Shown piece after piece: positions 1-12,099 of a DNA stretch of 64,000 bases. The notes beneath the pieces were generated by a model, which was given only the letters and a program-made list of their open reading frames with translations, was not told where the DNA came from and made no database searches. A program made the position numbers and the translations under genes. The stretch spans positions 200,260,001 to 200,324,000 of the forward strand of contig OZ038378.1 of the NCBI GenBank assembly GCA_964036045.1, written 5' to 3'. Numbering within the stretch: the stretch's first letter is position 1; every line of letters starts with the position of its first letter. The DNA is from Eutreptiella sp. 'Long Island Sound 2002' (Eukaryota; Protista; Euglenida).

Positions 1-524
1 TCATGTTTCACCCCACCCGTGGCCCCCAAGCCACCCAAGGCCACCGCCCATCAAGATAATGGGCATAGAGTCGGTGAAGTGGGTCACGTGGGCTACAATT
101 ATAATGGTTCAAGCGGTTAGACCATTGAACCTCGTCCACCACCATATTGAGATATTCGCAAACCTTTTTCACAGTTGTCTCAACAACCTCACCACAGTGT
201 CGAGAATACGAGACACGAGGAGCTTGGGATTTTGTTGCCGATTGTGATGCCATCTTTTCGGCCTCCTTCCACTTCTTCCGCGCCTTATTCATCGCAACCT
301 CTGCGTTTCTTCCTCATTGCAAGCCATAGTTCGTACTCCGAATCCAAATCCAAAATTCTTGGTAGATAGCACAAAACTACAAGAAAGGATGCAAAACATG
401 AGCGCAAAGCACGCAAGTAGCTCAAATAAATGCATAACAAGGCTCATTGTTATTGATACTAGGCACCACTATGCAGATTGGGTATGGTCCTGTACAAACT
501 TTGTGCACAGCGCGCAATAAGCCC

Positions 525-1112
525 CCCTAAAATCGACCTCCAAATCCGGGCCCCTTTGATAAACTTCTTTTTTTTTTCCTGAGGAATGATTTTCTGATGT
601 GGGGCTGCAATGGGTCAGGTTGCAATGTCCGCATTAGGCTCCAGCCGTGCCTGCTCCCCACGGCCTTCACCGCCTACTGTCCACTGTTTGAGCCAATGTC
701 CGCCGATCGTCCGCACAGCCAATGTCTTGTGTGCTCGCTCCCTGCCCTATCCCTAGTCATCTCGCCCTTTACGGTCAGATCTGGGCCCGTTGGAGTCGTG
801 GGCTCTATTGGGTTAGGCGTGCATTCCGGTCAGTGGTCAGTCCCACATTGTGCGTGCTGATTGCTGGCCCTGTTCGGCCCGCACCACGTTGGACGCATGT
901 TGGACCTTAGGTTTAAGAACCCAGTGGGTACAGGCGTTGGTTAGGAGGTCACTACATACAACATACAACATTCAGGGTGGGGTTGTGTTCTAGGGGGTAA
1001 AGCACAGTGAGCTTTTTGATGTGGGGGGGGGTCAGCCAAAATCCCACAGAGGGGGGGCAATTCAACCCCCCCCCCCCCCGCCCCGTATCACAAAGCAAAG
1101 GCCCGGTCCAGA
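525..1112 (-). mobile_element. Interrupted, degenerate copy of the hAT-like MITE found intact at 62577-62812
   Basis: 525-604 (cctaaaatcgacctcc...cctgaggaa...ctgatgtgggg) and ~1013-1112 (gatgtggggg...tcagccaaaatccc...gtatcacaaagcaaaggcc) match consecutive parts of the reverse complement of the 62.6-kb MITE. They are separated by ~400 bp of unrelated sequence, with tgatgtgggg at both junctions. Confidence 0.65.
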
Positions 1113-2641
1113 TACAGGGCAACTACCTCCCTCTCAACCGCCGACCAAGGGCGTGGTCCGGGGTCTCTGGACCCCGTCCCTCAGACGACGCCCTGTCCAA
1201 ACAACGGCCCGCGCTGTTCCCTCACCTTCTGGGACCATGTAATTCGGCAGTTCTGTTCTTCTGCGTTCATGGATTGGTATTGCATACCCCCCGCAGAGGC
1301 TGATCTTTCTCCTCTTACTCCTCTTCCATAGCCACAAGGTCACACGAGCAAGGCACTGGACAAGAAAGGGTAGAACTTGCGTCCATGGGTGAACTTGTGC
1401 GTAACACACAATGCACCCTCTCTAACGAACTCCGAAAGGAATGACGTGAGCCTGTTCAGGCTCTGCAAATCCCCCAGCAACCGAAGTGTCAAGTACAACC
1501 AGGGCCGGGAACTTTCCTGTCCTAAACTTGGCCCAATTGCAAAACTCTTGCCCGTCTGTTCGAAAACAAAGCCGCAGCAATGGTGTTGCACTGTGTGTGC
1601 ACGGTGTGCATATCTGGCAAAACGCACTGGAGACAAAACCATGGGTGAAGGGTTGAAAGCGGATGCAAATGGGGTGAAACGGGGTCAAAAAGGGTGAAGT
1701 GTGCTTAGCGCGCCCCATGCGTCCCGAACGTGGCCGCGTAATAACTGTGTGCCAACTGTGTCAGCCAAACCTCACCAAACCCAAAACCCCTTTCAAGGGT
1801 CCCTCTCCTACACAAACGTTTATAACATGGATGGCACTAATAGAATTAGACTGACGTTCCACCCAAGAAACCCAACAGCTTGTGGGAAAAGCCCAAAGCT
1901 ACTTTGCACTGCGTGCGCATTGCAATGCGGAGGTTGAGGCAGGCCATTTAAAGCGCCTCCCGGCGTCGCGGCGGGCCCCAGGCAGTATCCTTTGGATTAC
2001 GCATGCTGCTCGTAATGACCGGGGATACTTCTGGCTTTGAACGCTTGCAATGAAGATGCTCCTAATTGTATCGTTTCTGAGGCTTGCCAAGGCACCCCGT
2101 ATATTCTAGCCCATATTCTACCCTGTACCCTGTGTTTTCTAGGCACTCCGCGAGGGCCATTCCCCATCGAACTCGGGAAACACCGGCGGGGCACGCAGTG
2201 TCGGTTGTGGCTTCTTGCGTTTGGTCGTGGTGATCCATTGGTGGTCCATCGTCGAGCACCAGCGTTTGCTGGCTAAAACCTCTTGCCCCAGCAGTGGCCG
2301 TGCTGCGTCTTGGGGGCCTGTGTAAACTCATCAGACGGTGGACTCTCATCGAACGGGCCAAATCCAACGCTCCCCTCAAATGCTTGCGGCCACTGAATCC
2401 CAATGCCACACAATTCAATGCGGCTCTGAGCCAAACGACAGCGGTCGCCGACGAACCGACAGTCGTTGCACTGGACGTGTTCTCAGAACACCAGCCCTGG
2501 CTGCACCACCTGCGCAGTGGTGCATGACCATATAAACCACAACATTGTGCCTCAACGGCGCTGCGCCTCCTGACCGCTTTGCGAGGGAACCGCTATGCCC
2601 CCGGAACACTTACGCAGCCAGCGACAGAAGGAGTAATGGCG

Positions 2642-3034
2642 CTACCCGTACTTCAGGGTATACATCAGGATACTCGCTGCCGTGCTCACGTTGAAGGACT
2701 CTAGCGTGTCGTTGGCAATGGGGATCGACACCCGCACGGCATCACCGGGTAGACACTCCCAGGCCTGCGCAGGGACCCCTTCCCCTTCCCCGCCCAACAC
2801 CAGCAAAGTCCCCGCGGAGGGGGCAGCATCCCATGTCTGGGGCTGCACCGCGTGTGACGGTACAGGCCCCGCCGGCCGTGGGTCAAGGTCAGAGTCACGA
2901 TCCGGACATGGGTCACGTGTAGAGCTGCGGAAAGTGCTGGTCAGGTGGCTGCGACCGGGGCTAAGGCTGCGGGGGCTGGGGCTGAGGCTGGGGGTGGGGC
3001 TGGGGGGGAGCTTGCACTGCGCGCCCTTTGCGAC
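2642..3034 (-). CDS. SpoU/TrmH-family RNA 2'-O-methyltransferase, 3' exon (SPOUT C-terminal knot)
   Basis: Encodes LLVLGGEGEG ... VSIPIA ... ESFNVSTAASILMY, the SPOUT motifs 2 and 3, and ends at a TAG. The exon start is inferred from in-frame joining to the 5' exon. Confidence 0.85.
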   Translation of the reverse strand, partial: VAKGAQCKLPPSPTPSLSPSPRSLSPGRSHLTSTFRSSTRDPCPDRDSDLDPRPAGPVPSHAVQPQTWDAAPSAGTLLVLGGEGEGVPAQAWECLPGDAVRVSIPIANDTLESFNVSTAASILMYTLKYG

Positions 3035-3434
3035 CATTTCAGCAGGAAACACAACCCCATTTCCCCTGTGTATGACAAGAGCCCCCCCAGAGTCTCCGAA
3101 GCGGAGCAGAATCACAGAACTACATCACGTCTGCCGTGAATAAGCCCAGACCACGAGAAGGATGACAACTAGTTCCATTCTCCCTTCCTATTCCACACCC
3201 ACCCTCGCGGGATGCTCCATTCCCTCTTGCGACACCAAATTGCTTAGTCATATGCAAACCCGGCAAGTTTGCCACACTAAGCCTCAAACGGACCAAATTC
3301 TCTTCAGTTGTTTTGTGGGGTTGGGGTTGTACGAACATATTGCAAAAGCCAGCAAAACAACGTTCCAATTCGGCTTCGGAAACCTCAAAATAGGGTGTGA
3401 TGATACTCCATTTCAAACTTTCACATTGGGTTAC

Positions 3435-3868
3435 CCCTCCCCCAAATTCTCTTAAGATATTTAGGGCTTAGATTAGGGTTAGCGCTAGGAAGGGTCAGGG
3501 TAAAGGTCTTAAAATAATTTCGCATCAGGCTTACAGTTGGAGCAAGGGTATACTATATAGTATACTATATATATATATATACTCTTAAGATACTTTGTAT
3601 TAGGGTTAGGGTTCGGGTTGGTATTGGGGCTATAACTCTGTGAAGATATTTTACCATCTTCTTAGGATAATTATTGTCATCTTAAGATAATAATATTTTG
3701 CTTGAGATAACTTTTGGGATTATCGTTAGTTTTACGGTTGGGGCAAGGGTATAATTTTCTTTTAGATTCTCCTAATCTTTTGAATAGAATTACAATTATT
3801 TGAAGATAATCACAATTCTGCCAAGATAATCATAAATCGCTTAAGATAGTTTGTATTAGGGTTAGGGT
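3435..3868 (+). repeat. AT-rich ~255-bp-period spacer with TTAGGG clusters
   Basis: Recurring ttaagataat/ataatt motifs, punctuated by ttagggttaggg and variants. Confidence 0.8.
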
Positions 3869-4987
3869 CACCGAGCTGGTGGAACCAGTCTTGGTTTTAT
3901 AACCCTTTTTAGTGTCTAGGGTGGACCTACCAGGTTTAGCAGCAGCAGCAAGCAGCAGCAAGCAACAACACGCGCGAAATGGGTAAAAATCAGAACTCCG
4001 TCGTGGTGCTTTGGATTTGGTTGAAATTTTGGTGCATGATACCTATGGGTGTGAAGTACAATCACACAAAGTTTGAGCAAGAAACTCAACGGTGGCGGCC
4101 GGGAACGGGATTTGCAACTGGCGGACCTCAGTTTCAAAAACTGCAGTTTAGGGCCAAAAACAGCCACTTTTGGGCAAAAAAAGCCTTGGAACACATTCAA
4201 AACAGCCAAACGAAGGGAAACGGTGGGTACACCCCACGTGCGGCTTGACTTCCCCGTGTCAACGAGCTCTTTGCGGCCCTCTAACTCCATGATATGTCCC
4301 GGAAACGGCTGAAAAATGCCCCCAGAAGCTCCAAATGCCGACAGCCACAAACCAAGAATAGGCCATATCTTTGGCTACATGGCTCAAAATGCGATTCCGA
4401 GGGCACCTACTCCACCCGCACCCCCCCACTTTCTGTGGTTTCCACCCCTCAAAATTGCCCAAACAGACGCCTAGATCCCAATACCTCGGCCCACTAGGCT
4501 GCAGCAAGCTGCAAGCTCAAGCCCAAATAGGTGGGTGCCCAAATGGGTCAACAGGGTCCAATAGGGGCAAAAAGATGACTTTTCTCAAAAATGATCCTAG
4601 ACCATGTGCGACGCTAAAACAAGTGTTTTTGGACCGTTTTGAGCTTGTGGTGGCCCATTTTGGTCCTCCGAAAATCCCAAAATGCCTTGAAAATGGGCTG
4701 TTTTGGGACCAAAAATGGGTCAAAAATGGGTCCAAAACACATTTTTTCAAACCTCATCCTCGACCATTTGGGGTGCACAAACGGGTGATGAGCCCATTTT
4801 GAGCCCATTTTGGGGGCCCTCAGAAGTCCAAAAAGCCTTGAAAGTGGGTCTTGTGGTGATGGGGTTCACTTGCAAGCTGATTTCACTTTGTCAAGAGCCA
4901 TCAATGCGTGAATCATTCTTGATGTCCCTCACTAGTCATAGCTGATGTTCCCTCCCCCACCAGCTCGGTCCCAATATTCAGTCTTGA
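3869..4987 (+). mobile_element. ~1.1-kb non-coding element, family A, copy 1
   Basis: Starts CACCGAGCTGGTGG immediately after TTAGGGT, has the subterminal inverse CCACCAGCTCGGT at 4957-4969, and is followed by TTAGGGT. Near-identical to 5247-6394. Confidence 0.75.
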
Positions 4988-5246
4988 TTAGGGTTCGTTT
5001 TGAGGCTATAATTCTGTGAAGATACTTGTATTATTCTGAGGACACTTATTCTTAAGATTGTTGAGATAATGATATTTTTCTTGAGATAATTTTTTGGGGT
5101 TATCGTTAGTTTTAGAATTGGGGCAGGGGTTTCTTAAGATAATCCCAATCCTCTGAATATAATTACAATTATTTGAAGATAATTACAATTCTCCTGAGAT
5201 AATTATCAATCTCTTAAGACAATTTGTTGTTGTTGTTGGTTAGGGT
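4988..5246 (+). repeat. AT-rich TTAGGG-bounded spacer unit
   Basis: Homologous to 3600-3868. Confidence 0.75.
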
Positions 5247-6394
5247 CACCGAGCTGGTGGAACCAGTCTTGGTTTTATAACCCTTTTTAGTGTCTAGGAT
5301 GGACCTACTAGGTTTAGCAGCAGCAGCAGCAAGCAAGCAGCAGCAAGCAAGCAAGCAAGCAGCAGCACGCGCAAAATGGGTAAAAATCAGAATTCCGTCG
5401 TGGTGCTTCACATTCGGGTGAAATTTTGGTGGATGATACCTATGGGTGTGAAGTACAATCACACAAAGTTTGAGCAAGAAACTCAACGGTGGCGGCCGGG
5501 AACAGGATTCGCAAGTGGCGGACCTCAGTTTCAAAAACTGCAGTTTAGGGCCAAACACAGCCATTTTTGGGCCAAAAAAGCCCTGGAACACATTCAAAAC
5601 GGCCAAACGAAGGGAAACGGTGGGTACACCCCACGTGCGGCTTGACTTCCCCGTGTCAACGAGCTCTTTGCGGCCCTCTAACTCCATGATATGTCCCGGA
5701 AACGGCCCAAAAAGGCCCCCAGAAGCTCCAAATGCCGACAGTCACAAACCAAGAATAGGCCATATCTTTGGCTACATGGCTCAAAATGCGATTCCGAGGT
5801 CACCTACTCCACCCGCAACCCCCCACTTTTTGTGGTTTCCGGCCCTCAGAATTGCCCAAACGTACGCCTAGATCCCAATACCTAGGCCCACTAGGCTGCG
5901 GCCAGCTGCAAGCTCAAGCCCAAACAGGTGGGTGCCCAAATGGGTCAACAGGGTCCAGTAGGGGCAAAAAATTGACTTTTCTCAAAAATGATCCTAGACC
6001 ATGTGCGACGCTAAAACAGGTGTTTTTCCACCGTTTTGAGCTTGTGGTGGTCCATTTTGGTCCTCCGAAAATCCCAAAATGCCTTGAAAATGGGCTGTTT
6101 TGGGACCAAAAATGGGTCAAAAATGGGTCAAAAACACATTTTTCCAAACCTCATCCCAGACCATTTGGGGTGCACAAACTGGTGAAATGAGCCCATTTTG
6201 AGCCCATTTTGGGGCATTTTGGCCCTTCAGAAGTCCAAAAAGCCTTGAAAGTGGGCCTCGTGGTGATGGGGTTCACTTGCAAGCCGATTTCACTTTGTCA
6301 AGAGCCATCAATGTGTGGATCATTCTTGATGTCCCTCACCAATCATAGCTGATGTTCCCTCCCCCACCAGCTCGGTCCCAATATTCAATCTTGA
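5247..6394 (+). mobile_element. Family A element, copy 2
   Basis: Direct repeat of 3869-4987 with the same TTAGGGT flanks on both sides. Confidence 0.75.
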
Positions 6395-7225
6395 TTAGGG
6401 TTAGGGTTGCTGTCATGGCTATAATCCTCTTCAAATTCTTATAATTTTCGGAGGATACTTATTATTATCTTATGGTTATGACAATGTTGTTCAGATAATT
6501 GATGGGTTAGGGTTAGGCTGGGGTTAGGGTTGGGGCTAGGGTATAATTTTCTTAAGATAATTCGAGTTCTCTGAAGACAATTTTTCTTTGCAATTGTTTG
6601 AAGAGAGTTACAACTCTCCTGAGATAATTATAAACTATCTTCAGATAATTTGCATTAGGGTTAGGGTTAGGGTTAGGGTTGGTGTGAGGATTATAATTCT
6701 CTGAAGATACTTATAATTTTCTCCCGAAACTTATTATGATCTTAAGATAATGATAACTTTCTTAAGATGATTGGTAAGGTTAAGGTCAGGGTTGGTGCAA
6801 GGGTATAAATTTTATAAGATAATTCAAATAGTCTGAAAAGATAATTGCAAGTTTTTTGAAGATAATTACAATTCTCATGAGAAAATTGCAAATCCCTCAA
6901 GAGAGCTGCATTAGGGTTAGGGTTGAGGTTGGTGTTCGGGTTTCAATTCTAATAAGATACTTATAATTTTCTGCCAATAATAATTGATATATATCTTCAC
7001 ACAATAATAACTTTCTTACGAAAATTTGTGTTAGCGGTATAATTATCTTAAGATACTTATAATTTTCTTGGGATAATTAATATTATCTTCAGATAATAAT
7101 AACTTTCTTAAGATAATTTGTGGTAGGGTTATAATTATCTTAAAATACTTACAACTTTTTGATGATAACTATCGGTAGGACAGTAATAACTTTCTTCAGA
7201 TAATTTGTAGGGTTAGGGTTAGGGT
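6395..7225 (+). repeat. ~3 AT-rich spacer units with interstitial telomeric repeats
   Basis: (TTAGGG)4 at ~6655-6678, further clusters near 6400, 6910 and 7210; period ~255 bp. Confidence 0.8.
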
Positions 7226-10200
7226 CACCGAGCTGGTGGAACGGGTCTTGGTTTTTTAACCTGCTTTGGTGTCTAGGGTGGACCTAAAGGGTTTGGCGAG
7301 CAGCAAGCAGCAAGCTACAAGCAGCAAGCAAGCACGTGCGAAATGGGCAAAAATCACAGCTCCGTTGTGGTGCTTCGGATTCCGCCAAAACTTTGGTGGA
7401 TGCTACCAGAAACTCAATGTGGCGGCTGTTCCCGGTGTTCCAAGTGCCGGACCTCCATTTCAAAATCTGCAATTTAAGGCCAAAATCAGTCGTTTTTTTG
7501 CTCAAAACCGCCTTAGAACCCGCTAGAAATGGCCAAGTGAAGGGAAATAGTGGATACTCTACACATGCAGCTAGACTTCCCCATGCCGAGGGGCCCTCTA
7601 GGGCCCTCTAATTCGAACCGCGCCGAAAAGGCCCCCGAAAGCACCAAAATTTGTGCACCTTGGCCGCCGACAGCCCTAAACCAAAACCAAGATTGAATAT
7701 TGGGACCGAGCTGGCGGGGGAAGGAACATCGTCTAGGAGATTTCAAAGGCAAATGAGGTACGCAGTGGAAAGTGGATGAGAGCGGCCCAAAAGGCGCTAA
7801 GAATGAGTTGTATTCATCCGTTTGGGCACCACGACTGGACTGCGATCATTTTTGGGAAATCATGGGTTTGACCCCTTTTTGAACCATTTGTGGTCCCAAA
7901 TTGGCCCATTCTCAAGGCCCTTTTGGCCTTAACAGGGGCCAAAATTGCTCAACGGGGGCTCAAAATGGGCTGATTCCACTTGTTTGTGCACCCCAAATAG
8001 TACAAAAGCATCTTTGGGAAAACACTTTTTTGAACCATTTTTGACGCATTTTTGGTCCCAAAACATTGCATTTGGCTCAAAATGGGCTCATTTCACTTGT
8101 TTAGGCACCCCAAATGGTCTAGGATCATTTTTGGAAAAGCACATTTTTGACCCATTTTTGACCCATTTTTTGTCCCAAAACAGCCCATTTTCAAGGCATT
8201 GTGGGATTTCACGAGAGCCAAAACGAGCCACCATGAGCACAAATTGCGCTAAAAATACTTGTTTTGGCATTGCATGTGGTCCATGATCATTTTTGAAAAC
8301 AGTCTTTTTTTTTTTTGCACCCGGTGGACCTTGTAGACCCATTTGCCACCCACCTCTTTGGGCTACCTCTTGCAGCTTGCCGCAGCCCACTGGGCCTAGG
8401 TACGGGGGTGTAGGTGTCGGTTAGGGCAATTTTGAGGGGTGGAAAACACCAAACGTGGGTGGTTGCGGGTGAATTCGCTGCGCTCGAAATCACGTTTTGA
8501 GGCACGGAGCCCAAAATATGGTATGTTTGTGGTTTGGCACTGTCAGCGGCCAATGTGCACAAATCCTGGGGATTCGGGGGTTGTTTGGGGGCGGTTTGCG
8601 GACATATTGTGGAGTTAGAGGGCCCTAAAGGCCCTTCGGGAGGGGGAAGTCTAGCTGCATGTGTAGAGTAGCAACTATTTCCCTTCACTTGGCCGTTTTA
8701 AGTGGGTTCTGGGGCAGTTTTGAGCAAAAAAAGACTGATTTTGGCCCGAAATTGCAGATTTTCAAATGGAGGTCCGGCAATTGCGACGCCCGTTCCCGGC
8801 CGCCACCCTTGAGTTTCTGGATCATACTTTGTGTGGTTGTCCCTCATACCCATAGGTAGCATCCAGGAAAATTTGGGCCGAATTCGAAGCACCACGATGG
8901 ATTTGTGATTTTTGCCCATTTCGCGTGTGCTTGCTTGCTGCTTGCTGCTTGCTTGCTGCCTGCTGCCAAATCTGTCAGGTCCACCCTAGACACTAAAGAG
9001 GGTTGTAAAACCTAGACCGGTTCCACCAGCTTGGTGAAGAGACCATATCTTGGGCTACGTGGCTCAAAGTGCAATTTCGATCGCACCCACCCGGAGGGTT
9101 ATAAAACTAAGATTGGTACCACCACCTCGGTGACCCTAATCCTAACTAGGATTGAATATTGGGACCGAGCTGGCGGGGGAAGGAACATCGTCTAGGAGAT
9201 TTCAAAGGCAAATGAGGTACGCATTGGAAAGTGGATGAGAGCGGCTCAAAAGGGGCTCAAAATGAGCTACATTCATCTGTTTGTGCACCACAACTGGACT
9301 GCGATCATTTTTGGGAAATCATGGGGTTGACCCCTTTTTGAACCATTTGTGGTCCCAAATTGGCCCATTTTCAAGGCCCTTTTGGCCTTAACAGGGGCCA
9401 AAATTGCTCAACGGGGGCTCAAAATGGGCTCATTCCACTTGTTTGTGCACCCCAAATAATACCAAAGCATATTTGGAAAATAACATTTTTGAACCATTTT
9501 TGACGCATTTTTGGTCCCAAAACAGCCCATTTTCAAGGCATTTTGGGAGTTTGAGTGGCCAATATGGCTTGCAATGGGCTCAAAATGGGCTCACTCCACT
9601 TGTTTGTGGACCCCAAATAATCCCAAAGCTTCTTTGGAAAAACACGTTTTTGATCCATTTTTGACCCATTTTTTGGTCCCAAAACAGCGCATTTTCAAGG
9701 CATTTTGGGACTTTGAGTGGCCAAAATGGCTTGCTGTGGGCTCAAAAAGGGCCCATTCCACTTGTTTGTCGCCCCAAATAGTCGAGGATGATTTTTGGAA
9801 AACCACTTTTTTGACCCATTCTTGACCCATTGTTTGTCCCAAAACAGCCCATTTTCAAGGCACTTTGGGATTTTAGGAGGGCCAAAATGGGCCACCACGA
9901 GCTCAAAACGCGCCAAAAACACTTGCTTTGGCATCCCATGCGGTTCACGATCATTTTTGAAAACAGTCTTTTTTTTTTTGCACCCGGTGGACCTTGTTGA
10001 CCCATTTTGCCACCCACCTCTTTGGGCTACCTCTTGCAGCTTGCCGCAGGTCACTGGGCCTAAGTACAAGGGTCTAGGCGTTGGTTAGGGCAATTTTGAG
10101 GGGTGGAAACCACCAAAAGTGGGTGGCGGCGGGTGGATTGCTTGGACCTAACAGGTTTGGCAAGCAAGCAGCAAGCAGCAAGCCGCAAGCTGCAAGCACT

Positions 10201-11030
10201 CGCGAAACGGGCAAAAATCACAGCTGTGTCGTGGTGCTTCGGATTCCGCCAAAACTTTGGTGGATGCTACCTATGGGTGTGACGGACAACCACACAAAGT
10301 ATGAGCGAGAAACTCAACGGTGGCAGCCGAGAATTGGCGTCGCAAGTGCCAGACCTCCATTTCAAAATCTGCAATTTAAGGCCAAAATCAGTCTTTTTTT
10401 GCTCAAAACCGCCCTAGAACCCGCTGAAAACGGCCAAGTGAAGGGAAATAGTGGCTATTCTACACATGAAGCTAGACTTCCCCTTGCCAAAGTGCCCTCT
10501 AGGGCCCTCTAGCTCCACAATATGTCCGCGCCCAAACCGCCTCCAAAAGGCCCCCAAAAGCCCCAGAATTTGCGCACAATGGCCGCTGACAGCCCCACAC
10601 CAAAAACAGACCATATCTTCAGCCAGGTGGCTCAAAACGCGATTTGGAGCGTCGTCGATCCAACCGCAACCACCAACTTTTGGTGTTTCCACCCCTAAAA
10701 ATTGCCCCCGTACCTAGGCCCAGTGGGCTGTGGCAAGCTACAAGAGGAACCCCAAAGAGGTGGGGGCAAAAGTGGGTCAACAAGGTCCACCGGGTGCAAA
10801 AAAAAAAAGCCTGTTTTGAAAAATGATCAAGGACCACATGGAATGCGAAAACAAAAATTTTTGGCGCCTTTTGATCTCGTGGTGGCCCGTTTTGGCCCTC
10901 CTAAAATCGCAAAATGCCTTGAAAATGGGCTGTTTTGGGACAAAAAATGGGTCAAAAATGGGTCAAAAATGTGCTTTTCCAAAAATGATCCTAGACCATT
11001 TGGGGTGCCCAAATAAGTCAAAACCATGGT
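7226..11030. mobile_element. Cluster of diverged or partial family A copies in both orientations
   Basis: Plus-strand partial copy 7226-~7680; reverse copy ~7690-9036; reverse copy ~9150-10140; plus-strand partial copy ~10141-11030. They share the same terminal motifs and (gcaagca)n tracts. Confidence 0.7.
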
Positions 11031-11131
11031 TTTCCAAAAATGATCCTAGTCCAGTAATGGGTTGGGACATCAGTGCAACTGTGCCTTCCTCCCTTCAGAG
11101 CCTCATCACATGTAGCCCCCCCCCCCCCCGT

Positions 11132-11190
11132 GTCTAAACAACGCCAAAAGTTCCAAAAGTTGCGGAAACAACGGCAGGTGTTGTTTAGAC
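11132..11190. repeat. Small hairpin (11-bp perfect stem) near the intron 5' end
   Basis: gtctaaacaac at 11132-11142 and gttgtttagac at 11180-11190, next to a poly-C run. Confidence 0.7.
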
Positions 11191-11241
11191 GGAGGCATGT
11201 TTTGCGCGCGCTGCAAGTTCTGCACTGCGTCTGCACTGCGT

Positions 11242-12099
11242 CCAGCGCTCCCCCTTAGGGCTGCGACCAGGGCTAGGACTAGGGCTGGGGCCGCGGCTGG
11301 GGCTCGGGCTGGAGTCAGGATCTGGCTCCGGGATAACAATGTGGTCCGCATTCGCAGGAAATTCTCCATCACAAGCGGCATCAGGTGCCCGATGCGCCGC
11401 GCTTCGCGCACCGGATGAGTGCAGGGCAGCGCCATGGGGCGATGGGTGCACGGCGCGGCCGGACTGTCGGCGCGCTTCGATGTACTGCGGCAGCGGTACT
11501 GAGTTCGGTGCCCGATCCGCCACCACAACGTTTGGTGGTGCCCCAGAGGCGACGCGCATGCGTGCGACCAGCGACCGCAGCTCCGGCCAGGCCCCGACCT
11601 CCAACGGCAGCATGAGGCACGCGCCGCGCGAGGCCCGGACCATCTTGGCGCAGTGGACGTCCGGGGCCCCGCCGCACAGCAATGCCCCGTCCCACCCCAG
11701 CCCGTGGGCGGTGCGCACAATGTTCCCGATGTTCCCAGGGTACCGCAGCCCGACCAGCGCAACGACGTGGGGCGCGCGTGCGGCCGAGAAGCACAGGCCA
11801 GTGCGCGGGATCTCCGCCTCTGCCAGCAGCCGCAGGCCTTTGCACTGCGCGATCTCTGCCATCACGTCGCGCGTCACGACGGAGGTCTGAGCGGCGGGAG
11901 GAACGCCTTCCTCCCCCTCAACGCAGAGCAAGTGTTTGATACGGATGGCGTCGTGGGCACTGAGCTCTCGTACCAACTGCCGGCCATCGATGACGGTGCT
12001 GCCCGCCTGCCGGCGGTAGGCCGCGTCCTGTTGGAGCCGCAGGAAATGTTTGACGGTGGGATGCCGGAGGGATCCGAGCACTTTCGGGATCACGGACAT
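11242..12099 (-). CDS. SpoU/TrmH-family RNA 2'-O-methyltransferase, 5' exon (~416 aa spliced)
   Basis: MSVIPKVLGSLRHPTVKHFLRLQQ...VIDGRQLVREL (substrate-binding N-domain) and VALVGLRYPGNIGNIVRTAHGLGWD...KMVRASRG (SPOUT motif 1); GC-rich coding composition. Confidence 0.9.

Larger units (their letters stand above)
3035..11241 (-). other. ~8.2-kb intron of the SpoU gene, probably euglenid non-conventional type
   Basis: In-frame junction CGC TGG|acgCAG.....CTGaaatg|GTC GCA. CAG lies at +4..+6 and CTG at -8..-6, and the borders are not GT-AG. The interior is entirely repeats. A weak GT-AG alternative (CA|gtgcag ... tacacag|G) also keeps frame, so the borders are approximate. Confidence 0.6.

Noticed and set aside
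1134-2200. Minus-strand fragments vaguely like a LINE RT C-terminus
   Set aside because: No clear YADD or QG.PLS motif
3916-11016. Numerous 60-140-aa ORFs on both strands
   Set aside because: They recur in each family A repeat copy with frame-breaking differences and lie inside the SpoU intron.
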